Positions 46,935 through 55,412 of a DNA stretch of 64,000 nt are shown here, in pieces. The first letter of the stretch is position 1. Every line of letters begins with the position of its first letter. Below the pieces are notes generated by a model that worked only from the letters and a program-made list of their open reading frames with translations, was not told the origin of the DNA and did no database searches. The translations under genes were made by a program, and so were the position numbers. The stretch comes from a virus: IMG/VR virus record IMGVR_UViG_3300037311_000293; one strand, 5' to 3'.

Positions 46935-46963
46935 GATGCGGGCGCACAACGCCCGCATCCTTT
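46935..46963 (+). terminator. Perfect 10-bp hairpin just before the helicase start
   Basis: GATGCGGGCG-CACAA-CGCCCGCATC followed by CTTT. Confidence 0.55.
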
Positions 46964-46966
46964 GCT

Positions 46967-48367
46967 ATGCAGTTCATCAAACGCCTACCGGGTGTGGGAT
47001 ACCTCGACAACTGGCTCTGGTTGCCGAAGACCCACGTGAGCCAAACGCAGATCGAGTCGGCCTTCACCTTTGAAGGCCCCAAGATCGTAGAGGCATGGCA
47101 TGCCGAGGAGCACCATTTCAGGGTGCCCAGGAACTACCTGGCACAAGAGACGCTTGAGAAGATGCCGTTCCAAGTATTCGATCTGCGATCTCGGCGGTTC
47201 CCTCGAGTACATCTGAAGAGCTCGGTCGTACTCGACTACAAGGAGCCGCACAAGGATTACCAGAGACGGGGCAGTGCTGCACTACTTGAGACGTTCGATG
47301 GGATTCTGTGCTTGCGCTGCGGGGCGGGCAAAACCGTCGTAGGTCTACATTCTGCGGCACAGCTCAACGTTCCTGTGATCATAACAGTCACAGACGAAGG
47401 CCTTGCAGAGCAGTGGGTGGAGGAGATCGTCGCCCATCTTGGGGTGCCTGAGTCCGACATCGGCATGATCGGTGGCAAGAGAGCAAAGGGAAAGATGAAC
47501 TGGGAGCACGCCATCGCGGTGGCCCACGTTCAAACACTCGCCCGGCGACAAGAAGAGGGCCTGCTGCCGCCAGAGATGCTGAACCACTTCGGTCTTCTGA
47601 TCTGCGACGAGGCTCACGTCATGGGTGCTCCGTACTTCAACACGGCGATACCGCCTTTCCGCGGCCGGAGGTGGGGGCTCTCCGCCACTCCAGTGCGTGA
47701 AGACGGATACGATCCTCTTCTTCGCTACACCCTCGGGCCTGTTGTCTACACCTACTTGACGCCTGACCTGATCCCGAAGGTGTACTTCCGCCAACTACCT
47801 ACCCGACTGGATCTCGACAACCCGAAGGTTGTAGCTGAAACGCACGACGCCACCGGCCAGTTCCACTACGGCATGACCTACGGATATCTGTCACGCGAAC
47901 GTAAAGATCGTACCGAGCGTATCGTGAAGGACATCCAAGACGGCCTAGACAGTGGACGCCAGATCCTCGTACTCACGCACAGCAAAGACATGACCGACGT
48001 CCTCGGTTCGTATTTCCCCGGAGCCGGAGTGGTGAACGGTGAGGTGAAAGGACAGGAGCGCAGACGGCGTATCAGAGAGTGCAACCCAGTCATCGCCATC
48101 ATGCAGCTCGGCAAGCAAGCGCTGAACAAGCCGAGTCTCGATACGCTCTACGTCCTCGAGCCCTTCTCCAAGGCCGGCATGCTCCAGCAAACCATGGGCC
48201 GCGTGCTCCGTCTGTTCGCCGGCAAGAAGAACCCACTCGTCATCTTCTTCGAAGACATCGGCATCCGACCGATGTCACGGCTCTGCGGCAAGCTACGGAT
48301 GAAGCTCAATCGATGGCCCGCAGCAAAGGGCGGGCAGATCCCACACACCACGGTAAAACCATCATGA
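46967..48367 (+). CDS. Superfamily 2 (DExH) helicase
   Basis: CGAGKT, ICDEAH, GLSATP, QTMGRVLR. Confidence 0.9.
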   Translation: MQFIKRLPGVGYLDNWLWLPKTHVSQTQIESAFTFEGPKIVEAWHAEEHHFRVPRNYLAQETLEKMPFQVFDLRSRRFPRVHLKSSVVLDYKEPHKDYQRRGSAALLETFDGILCLRCGAGKTVVGLHSAAQLNVPVIITVTDEGLAEQWVEEIVAHLGVPESDIGMIGGKRAKGKMNWEHAIAVAHVQTLARRQEEGLLPPEMLNHFGLLICDEAHVMGAPYFNTAIPPFRGRRWGLSATPVREDGYDPLLRYTLGPVVYTYLTPDLIPKVYFRQLPTRLDLDNPKVVAETHDATGQFHYGMTYGYLSRERKDRTERIVKDIQDGLDSGRQILVLTHSKDMTDVLGSYFPGAGVVNGEVKGQERRRRIRECNPVIAIMQLGKQALNKPSLDTLYVLEPFSKAGMLQQTMGRVLRLFAGKKNPLVIFFEDIGIRPMSRLCGKLRMKLNRWPAAKGGQIPHTTVKPS

Positions 48368-48792
48368 TCAAGATCGAAACACACCGAACGTTCTATACCC
48401 TCGACCAAGGAGCACCGGCGGAAGAACGCAGGATCTGGGAAGAACAACTCGCTCTGGTGCATTGCGGGACCAAAGAACCGCTCGTCGGCATCCTCGAGTA
48501 CTCCGAGACCGACGAATACGACTGGGCCCTCTACGGTGCCCTGACCTACCTCATCCATGTCGAGTTCGCCGTCGACCCCAACAACAACGCCCTTCGTCTT
48601 CACGTACCGCTTCGAACGCTGATCCCCTTTGGCGTCATGTCCCCGGCAAACATCAAGTTCCCAACACCCCCTACGGCGGTCATGTGGATCAAGGACCAGC
48701 CCGAGACCGTGAAGAAGTGGTTCTGCGACACCTACCTCGCAGTGTTCGATCCCCCGCGCATCATCACATCCGCCGTTCTTCCGCCCCGCTGA
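48364..48792 (+). CDS. Hypothetical protein
   Basis: ATG 48364 overlapping the helicase end; 142 aa. Confidence 0.6.
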   Translation: MIKIETHRTFYTLDQGAPAEERRIWEEQLALVHCGTKEPLVGILEYSETDEYDWALYGALTYLIHVEFAVDPNNNALRLHVPLRTLIPFGVMSPANIKFPTPPTAVMWIKDQPETVKKWFCDTYLAVFDPPRIITSAVLPPR

Positions 48793-48795
48793 ATC

Positions 48796-49476
48796 ATGGA
48801 CGCCGTACAACGACTCCGCGTACTCCGAGACAACTGGCGGGAGTGCAAGAAGTGCGAGCTCTCCAAGTTGCGCGGAGACAACCGCGTCGTGTTCGGCTCC
48901 GGTAACGCCGGGGCCGACATTCTTCTTGTCCTGCCGCCACCGACACAAGCCGATGTTCAGGAGAACATGGGCCTCAGCGACGCGGCCGGTCAGTTGATCG
49001 AAGACATGCTGATGGAGGCGGGCCTCGATCCCGTCAAGGATGTGTTCCGCACAAACGTCGTCGGCTGCCGGCCCTACGTCGTGCTTCCGGCAACTGAAGA
49101 ACAAGAAGAGCGCATCCAAGACCGAAAGGTCGTCAAGGCAGAAGTATCCGCCTGTTCCCCTAGGGTCGAAGAGATCATTTACCTCGTCGACCCCAAACTC
49201 ATCCTCGCCTTCGGTGAGGAAGCATGGGAAGCCCTCGTCATCCCAAAGGTCCGCGCCCCAGAAACCACGATCACAGCCGCCGCGGGGAAGCTGTACTACA
49301 CCTACGTTCCTGGCCGCTTCCGTCCGATCCGGTACCCGGTCATGGCACTCGAGGCTCCGCTGAAACTGGTGGCCAACCCGAGCGCGGCAGCGCACGGGCC
49401 GATCGCCACGACGCTGAAGTACATCATGCAGGCAAAGAAGTACGTCGATCTGATCAACAAGGACGAAGCAAGATGA
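48796..49476 (+). CDS. Uracil-DNA glycosylase family 4-like protein, degenerate active site
   Basis: CKKCELS, VVFGSGNAGADIL, FRTNVVGCRP, distal C (Fe-S ligands); GEAPG and HP motifs absent. Confidence 0.75.
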   Translation: MDAVQRLRVLRDNWRECKKCELSKLRGDNRVVFGSGNAGADILLVLPPPTQADVQENMGLSDAAGQLIEDMLMEAGLDPVKDVFRTNVVGCRPYVVLPATEEQEERIQDRKVVKAEVSACSPRVEEIIYLVDPKLILAFGEEAWEALVIPKVRAPETTITAAAGKLYYTYVPGRFRPIRYPVMALEAPLKLVANPSAAAHGPIATTLKYIMQAKKYVDLINKDEAR

Positions 49477-49883
49477 GCAAGCAAGTTCCTGTCGCCGTGA
49501 CCGCTGCGGTGTCGAAGTTCGAGACCGCCCGTGAGGCGCTCAACGGATTCCGCACCCAGCATGCGAAGATCCTCGAGACCTTCGAGAACCTCAAGGAGCA
49601 GTACAACCAGTCGCTGAACGAAGTGAAGGCGCTGTACAAGGAACACCACGAGGTCATCGGCGGAAAGCTCGGTGACTTCTCGGCGCGAAGCCGCGTGATG
49701 GTCGACGCAGAGCTCTTGCTGAAGCTCATGGGGCCCACGGTGGATCCGATCATCACCATCAAGTACGGTGTCGAACGGAAGTACTACGACGAGGCCGTCA
49801 GCCGAGGGATCATCCCGTCGGAGGTCGTTCGCCAAGTCGAGAAGCGAACCGAGCCCTCGATCTACGGACCCAAGGAACAGTGA
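49473..49883 (+). CDS. Coiled-coil protein (Gam/gp157-like?)
   Basis: ATG 49473 in an ATGA overlap; 136 aa. Confidence 0.6.
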   Translation: MSKQVPVAVTAAVSKFETAREALNGFRTQHAKILETFENLKEQYNQSLNEVKALYKEHHEVIGGKLGDFSARSRVMVDAELLLKLMGPTVDPIITIKYGVERKYYDEAVSRGIIPSEVVRQVEKRTEPSIYGPKEQ

Positions 49884-50260
49884 AGCCGAACATCGAGATC
49901 AAGATCCTCGCGGACTTCAAAGACAGAGACGGGGCGCCCTTGCTGGACAGTGAGGGCGCTTCTGTTTCCTACAAAAGGAGCGTTGTGCGTACCAAAGACG
50001 AGATCAAGATGCTCATTGGAGACGCGAATGCTCGCGTGTCCGTGAGCTTGTCGGAGACGGTGCCCGGACCTTACGGGTACAGCAACCTCAAGGTGTCGGT
50101 GACTGTCACACTGAACTGCGATCAGAACCAGAAGACGATCGAACAGGCAGAGAACGCGGCTCTCCAGGAGTGCATCGCATTTCTCGATACCAGCGTCGAC
50201 ACCGGCTACGCGTTGTTGACCTCTCACCTGAAGCGCCACCTGGGAGACCCCAATGGCTAA
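49880..50260 (+). CDS. Hypothetical protein
   Basis: 126 aa, GTGA overlap. Confidence 0.65.
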   Translation: MKPNIEIKILADFKDRDGAPLLDSEGASVSYKRSVVRTKDEIKMLIGDANARVSVSLSETVPGPYGYSNLKVSVTVTLNCDQNQKTIEQAENAALQECIAFLDTSVDTGYALLTSHLKRHLGDPNG

Positions 50261-50582
50261 CTCTGGCTTCAAGGGCCGCGTCCTCCAGTTGAGCAACCTG
50301 CTCATCCAAGGAGGAAGCACCGGCCCTTCGGTGTCCTTCAACGTCTTGTTCATGGATGGCGACGGCGTCGTCCACGCCCAGACCAAACACGTCGTGTCGC
50401 TGACGGACGATCCACAGATCAAGCAAGCATCCAAGGCTCTGCTCGATGCCTGCCTTGCGCACGCCGAGCGTCTTCACTTCGACGCGCCCAACGACCCCCT
50501 GAAGATGGAAGAGATCCGTCGTGGAATCGCAGAGACCTTTGTTCAAGACGATGCCGATAGCGACCCTGGCGAGCAGGGTTGA
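50253..50582 (+). CDS. Hypothetical protein
   Basis: 109 aa, RBS GGAG. Confidence 0.65.
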   Translation: MANSGFKGRVLQLSNLLIQGGSTGPSVSFNVLFMDGDGVVHAQTKHVVSLTDDPQIKQASKALLDACLAHAERLHFDAPNDPLKMEEIRRGIAETFVQDDADSDPGEQG

Positions 50583-51558
50583 CGCTTTTGCAGAGAGATG
50601 CCTGCCTGATCATGTGGTGGATGATGCGAACCCCGTGTCGTTCGCTGACATCGACGCAAAGAACTACTACGACGGCCTCGCGCGAAAGTTTGCCGTAGGG
50701 ATTCGTTGCCACGGCAGCGATGCTCCTCATGTGTTCACGAAGTGGAGCCGCTCTCAGCTCCTGGCGCATTTGGGTACACGCGAAAAGTGGTTCGATCACG
50801 TCAGCATCGACACACAAGCCGACGAGCTCAACACACGTCGGTCATCGCTGAACGGCTTCATGGTGCGAACCATGAAGTCTTTCGACCACGACGATCTACG
50901 AATCGTACGCGGCATCGTCTCCTCTTCGTACGCCGACATCCCAGACACCGACATCATGCGGGCCCTCCGTGAAGTTCTGCCGAACGGAGACGCGCTGTCG
51001 TACTCGGGGAAGACAGACCGTGCCTTTTACGCCTACGTGCTATCCGAGGACATGATCCGAATCCCAGGAACCAGCTTCGAGGGCTACCCCGGAATGCTGG
51101 TTCGGAACAGCGAAGTTGGTTTCACCTCGCTCTGGGTGATCCCTACGCTCACTGTAGTCGGTTGGTCGTATCCGATTATCCTGCAACGCGACCCGCTTCT
51201 CCGTAAGGTACACCGAGGCAGCTTCGACGAGCTCCGTACGTCGTTCGATGATGCGTTGGGCAAGGCGAGGATCTACTGGAGACCGATGGAGGAGAAGCTG
51301 AACAAGTTGTACTCCATCACCTACGCTACGGAAGACGAAGCGATCAATCAAGTCGTGACGCTTCTGTCGCGTGCTGGTGCGATGAAGGGGATGATTCAGC
51401 AGTGCTGCACGGCGTATCGTAACGCGCGGCATTCGTTCCACACCGCGTATTGCATCTTTGCCGCGGTGCTCGAGGTGGCATCCTCGCATGCCAACCAAGA
51501 CGCCTCCTACATCGGCGCTACCGTTGCTGGCGCCGTGCTCTACGGACTCATTGGGTAG
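50551..51558 (+). CDS. DUF932-like protein
   Basis: RIVRGIVSSSYADIPDTDIM and GMLVRNSEVG motifs; start uncertain. Confidence 0.6.
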   Translation: MPIATLASRVDAFAERCLPDHVVDDANPVSFADIDAKNYYDGLARKFAVGIRCHGSDAPHVFTKWSRSQLLAHLGTREKWFDHVSIDTQADELNTRRSSLNGFMVRTMKSFDHDDLRIVRGIVSSSYADIPDTDIMRALREVLPNGDALSYSGKTDRAFYAYVLSEDMIRIPGTSFEGYPGMLVRNSEVGFTSLWVIPTLTVVGWSYPIILQRDPLLRKVHRGSFDELRTSFDDALGKARIYWRPMEEKLNKLYSITYATEDEAINQVVTLLSRAGAMKGMIQQCCTAYRNARHSFHTAYCIFAAVLEVASSHANQDASYIGATVAGAVLYGLIG

Positions 51559-51635
51559 TGGTGGTCATCGGCGGCCCCCACTACCCCTAGTGGTAGCCGC
51601 CACGCCCCGTTGCGCCTACCAGGCGCGTGGGCGTA
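51553..51635. other. Tandem/alternative hairpins upstream of the helicase gene
   Basis: GGGTAGTGG/CCACTACCC; CCACTA-CCCC-TAGTGG inside GCGGC/GCCGC; ACGCCC...GCGCCT-ACC-AGGCGC...GGGCGT. Confidence 0.5.
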
Positions 51636-51656
51636 CAACAATCGACCCGAGGTACG

Positions 51657-53168
51657 ATGATCAACGTTGAACTTAGGCTCCTGACGAAGATGCTACACAG
51701 CGGGAACTTCGCCCCGATACAACAAGGGGAGATCACGAAGGAGCACTTCGTAACCGAGCAAGGATCGATCCTTTTCAACTTCATCACCAACTACCGAAGC
51801 GATAGCGACGGGCGTGCTCGCTTCCCTTCACTATCGATCGTCCGTTCTAGATTCGAGGGTCGATCGGCCATCGAGCTCCCTGACCCCGATCCCGGAGACA
51901 CTCTTGAGGCGCTGGTCTACGAGACCAATGTGCAGCGCATAAAAGCGCGCATGTCGACCATCGCAAAGCAGCTCGAGGAGTCAGCGCTGAATGCGTCGAA
52001 TCCAGCAGACGCGCTCTCAGCATCGATCGGCACGCTTCGAACGCTCAACGAGGGTCTTCACCGTGCCAGACACCTCAGTCTGTCACACGCGATCCAAGAC
52101 ATCGTTGCGGACTACGACATCGGCAACATCCTGCCCCTCGGTATCCCTTGGCGTTGGCCTTCCTATCAAGAGGTCACGCGAGGGATGCACAAGAAAGAGT
52201 TCTACGTGATCGCGGGGAGGCCGAAGTCTCGAAAGACGTTCGTAACCCTCGCTGCCGTAGTTCACGCCTTCATGATGTTCGGTAGCCGCATACTAGTGTT
52301 CTCGCCAGAGATGCCGGCGAAACAGATCATGCTTCGTTCGATCGCCATGATGGCGCATCTACGCTACATGGAGTTCAAACGAAGCGATCTAGATCAGGCC
52401 GAAACCATGCGCCTCATCGAGGCCGCACGGACCTACGGTCGTCTCGACGTCAACGAGAAAGACGATCAATACTACCAGCGCTTCCGTCAATATCGTTCGG
52501 ACATGGACCCCGAGGCCCAGCCTACCTTCGACGTCATCGAAAGCACCGGCAAGTCTATCGGGTGGATGGAAGCACAGATCGAAGCGTTTGCGCCTGACAT
52601 CGTCATGGCAGACTCGTTCTACCGCCAGCACTACGACGGCAAGAAGAACGACTCGGATTGGAAGGCGGTGACGTCGACCAGTCGAGGTATCAAGGATCTG
52701 GCCATGTCGACGAACACGTGCGTCATCGGTACACACCAGATGAACCGCGGTGCCGACAAGGACGTCGGTACGCTGAGCAATCTGTCGCTGGCCGATGCGA
52801 TTGGTCAGGACGCCGACATGATCGTGCGCGTCATCACGGGCGTTCTCGAAGGCGCCCAGGTCTCGGCCTTGGTGAACCTTGGCGGGCGCGAGGTACCGTT
52901 CGACGGTGTGCTGATCAACAACGTTCCGTGTTCGGATTTCAGCGAGATCGCCCCCATCACGAACAAGAAAACTCTGGAAACACTCATGGCAAAGGAAGGG
53001 GAAGCCGACGCCGAAGAGGAGAAGAGATCGATGAAGAAGAAGGCCCTTCGACGCCACACCGCTGATCACGCATCCTCGAAGGAGCTCCAAGAACGGACGC
53101 AGTTTGAGAGCATCCTCGACGCAGACGTCGAAGACGAACGTGAGCTCATCGAGGGCGAAGAGGAATGA
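51657..53168 (+). CDS. dnaB: DnaB-like replicative helicase
   Basis: Start ATG 51657; IAGRPKSRKT, FSPEM, IVMADSF, HQMNR, ADAIGQDAD. Confidence 0.85.
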   Translation: MINVELRLLTKMLHSGNFAPIQQGEITKEHFVTEQGSILFNFITNYRSDSDGRARFPSLSIVRSRFEGRSAIELPDPDPGDTLEALVYETNVQRIKARMSTIAKQLEESALNASNPADALSASIGTLRTLNEGLHRARHLSLSHAIQDIVADYDIGNILPLGIPWRWPSYQEVTRGMHKKEFYVIAGRPKSRKTFVTLAAVVHAFMMFGSRILVFSPEMPAKQIMLRSIAMMAHLRYMEFKRSDLDQAETMRLIEAARTYGRLDVNEKDDQYYQRFRQYRSDMDPEAQPTFDVIESTGKSIGWMEAQIEAFAPDIVMADSFYRQHYDGKKNDSDWKAVTSTSRGIKDLAMSTNTCVIGTHQMNRGADKDVGTLSNLSLADAIGQDADMIVRVITGVLEGAQVSALVNLGGREVPFDGVLINNVPCSDFSEIAPITNKKTLETLMAKEGEADAEEEKRSMKKKALRRHTADHASSKELQERTQFESILDADVEDERELIEGEEE

Positions 53169-54184
53169 ACGACATCGCGACGGCGCTGTTCAACTTGGAG
53201 CCAAGACTTCGTGAGCGCGCCAAGTTCGGAACAGACTACGTCCTGATCCAATGCCCGTTCCACGGCGACGGCCAGGAGAAGACACCGTCGTGCTCCGTAA
53301 GCCTTGAGAAGCCTGTGTTCCACTGCCACGCCTGTCAGACCTCTGGCCACGTGAGCCGGCTGTTCCGCTCTCTAGGCATGGATCCGCAATCCGTAGACGT
53401 CGTGCTGCGCATGACGGGGATGGATGCACGGAAGCAAGAAACCGCGATCTACGGAAAAGGCAAGCTCGCGGTACGAATGGTCAACGGGGGCTACAACCCC
53501 TACCGCGGAAAGTTCATCCTCGATGAAGATCTTCTGGACGCCTACCGCCACGCCCCCAAGGCGCTGCTACAGGCCGGGTTCAAGAAGAAGACACTCCACC
53601 ACTTCGAGGTGGGGTACGACTTCCAGAATCTTAGGATCACATTCCCCTTGCGCAACGTGTACGGCGACCTCGTCGGTATCTCTGGGCGAGCCGCCTACGA
53701 CGGCGATGAGCCGCGTTACAAGATCTACGACCAAGAGCTCCGTTTTCGTGAAGGATTCTCGGTACCTGAGAACTACACGATGGAGTCGGTCAAGGACGCC
53801 ATCTTGTGGCACGGGCACATTGTCAGACCCTTCCTGTACAAGGACGACAGTGAAGCCCTGGTCGTCACCGAGGGGTTCAAGGCTTGCATGTGGACCTGGC
53901 AAGCCGGCTATGAGAACACGGTAGCCCTTGTTGGCGCGTATCTGTCAGATCTACACGCCGAGATGATCGCCACCGTAGTGAAGTACGTAGTGCTGTTCTT
54001 GGACAACAACGAAGCCGGAATCCGCGGCACCTACCACGCTGGCTGGAGACTTGCCCAGCGCGGTGTACATGTACTCGTGGTCCCCTACCCCGATGAGCGC
54101 GAACAGCCCGACGCTCTGACACCCGAAGAAATCAAACTCGCTTTTCGATCCTTGAAGCCTTTTCACGTCTGGAGAACATCATGA
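53165..54184 (+). CDS. dnaG: DnaG-like DNA primase
   Basis: CPFH...CHAC zinc finger; ITFPL; TOPRIM VTEG and FLDNNEAG. Confidence 0.9.
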   Translation: MNDIATALFNLEPRLRERAKFGTDYVLIQCPFHGDGQEKTPSCSVSLEKPVFHCHACQTSGHVSRLFRSLGMDPQSVDVVLRMTGMDARKQETAIYGKGKLAVRMVNGGYNPYRGKFILDEDLLDAYRHAPKALLQAGFKKKTLHHFEVGYDFQNLRITFPLRNVYGDLVGISGRAAYDGDEPRYKIYDQELRFREGFSVPENYTMESVKDAILWHGHIVRPFLYKDDSEALVVTEGFKACMWTWQAGYENTVALVGAYLSDLHAEMIATVVKYVVLFLDNNEAGIRGTYHAGWRLAQRGVHVLVVPYPDEREQPDALTPEEIKLAFRSLKPFHVWRTS

Positions 54185-55410
54185 ACAAAGATCTAATGCG
54201 CCACCGCCAGACCCCCTCGTTCGCCGCCCAGGGTGCCGCCCGGAATCTCGGCCCCAGCGCGCGTGCCGGCGGCGGTCCTGGGGGAGGAAGCAAGATCGTG
54301 GAGGGCCGCTACGAGGCCTTCTACCCCCGAGATACCCCGATCTGGCTCCGCATCAGCCCGGCGTCGTCATACACCTACGAGGTCTACGACCGCGTCGAGA
54401 AGGAAGTCGTCGAAGTCACGACGACGTGGCTCGAGTACCGGAAGCACTACATCCCGGGCAACAAGAACCGGACGGGCCAGAACGGAAAGCGTCTGCAACA
54501 GGACTTCTTCTGCTCCTGCGGTCCTCGCCGCGAACAGCCGTGCTGGGGATGCGCGATTCGCACTGCGCACTACGAGAAGCTCGACGCCATCGAGGCCCGT
54601 ACCGGTATCCGACCGGACGACGAGCCGCCGGTGAGCGCTTCTACGCAGTTCGCTCTCGCCATCACGGTGGCGGAGTGGATCTACAACATCCCGGTTCGAG
54701 ACTCCAATGGTTCGATCCGGAAGACCCGTGGTGGTGAGCTGATCTACCGCCACATCCCCGCACCCTTCGCCGAGGAGAACTCGGAGGTCTCCGAGCTCGA
54801 AGGCTTCGACCGGACGTTCGGGCACCGCATGCACTGGTCCATGGGCAGCCAGCACCTCGGGCAGCTTCTTGCCGTCGACGAGCGCCTGCGCTCGCACTGC
54901 GGCAACTGCGCCGGGGAAATGGTGGCCGACACCATGGTCTGCCCGTCGTGCGAGACCTCCCACAAGCTGCCTGGTGCAGTGAAGGGCATCGACCTCGACA
55001 AGGCCCGGCAGAAGAAGCGGAAGTGCTCGGCTTGCGGAGAGACCAACACGTTCGTTCCGCTCTACCAGTGCCCGGACTGCGGAGACCCCAAGGAGGGCAG
55101 CCTGCTGTCCTTCGATCTTCGCGTGATGAAGGAAAACATCGGAGACAACAAGTCGATCATCCACGTCGTCGACATCCGGATGCCGGGCTCTCCGGACCCC
55201 AACATCCAGACCCGTCTGGACGAGATGAACAACAACCCCCTGAAGCTGGACGCCATCTTCGCCCCGACGGACCTGAAGTACCAGAAGTCGGCGCTGGGCG
55301 ACCGGCTCACCAAGGGACTCAGTCCCGTACTCGAACGCAAGGACGAGTCGGAGACCACGGAATCCTACTCCGAGGATGACGAGGACTCCGAAGACAAGAT
55401 CGCGTTCTGA
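54181..55410 (+). CDS. Putative single-stranded DNA-binding protein with zinc ribbons
   Basis: 409 aa between primase and polymerase; gp32-like FFCSC..CWGC; acidic tail ending EDKIAF. Confidence 0.55.
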   Translation: MNKDLMRHRQTPSFAAQGAARNLGPSARAGGGPGGGSKIVEGRYEAFYPRDTPIWLRISPASSYTYEVYDRVEKEVVEVTTTWLEYRKHYIPGNKNRTGQNGKRLQQDFFCSCGPRREQPCWGCAIRTAHYEKLDAIEARTGIRPDDEPPVSASTQFALAITVAEWIYNIPVRDSNGSIRKTRGGELIYRHIPAPFAEENSEVSELEGFDRTFGHRMHWSMGSQHLGQLLAVDERLRSHCGNCAGEMVADTMVCPSCETSHKLPGAVKGIDLDKARQKKRKCSACGETNTFVPLYQCPDCGDPKEGSLLSFDLRVMKENIGDNKSIIHVVDIRMPGSPDPNIQTRLDEMNNNPLKLDAIFAPTDLKYQKSALGDRLTKGLSPVLERKDESETTESYSEDDEDSEDKIAF

Positions 55411-55412
55411 TC

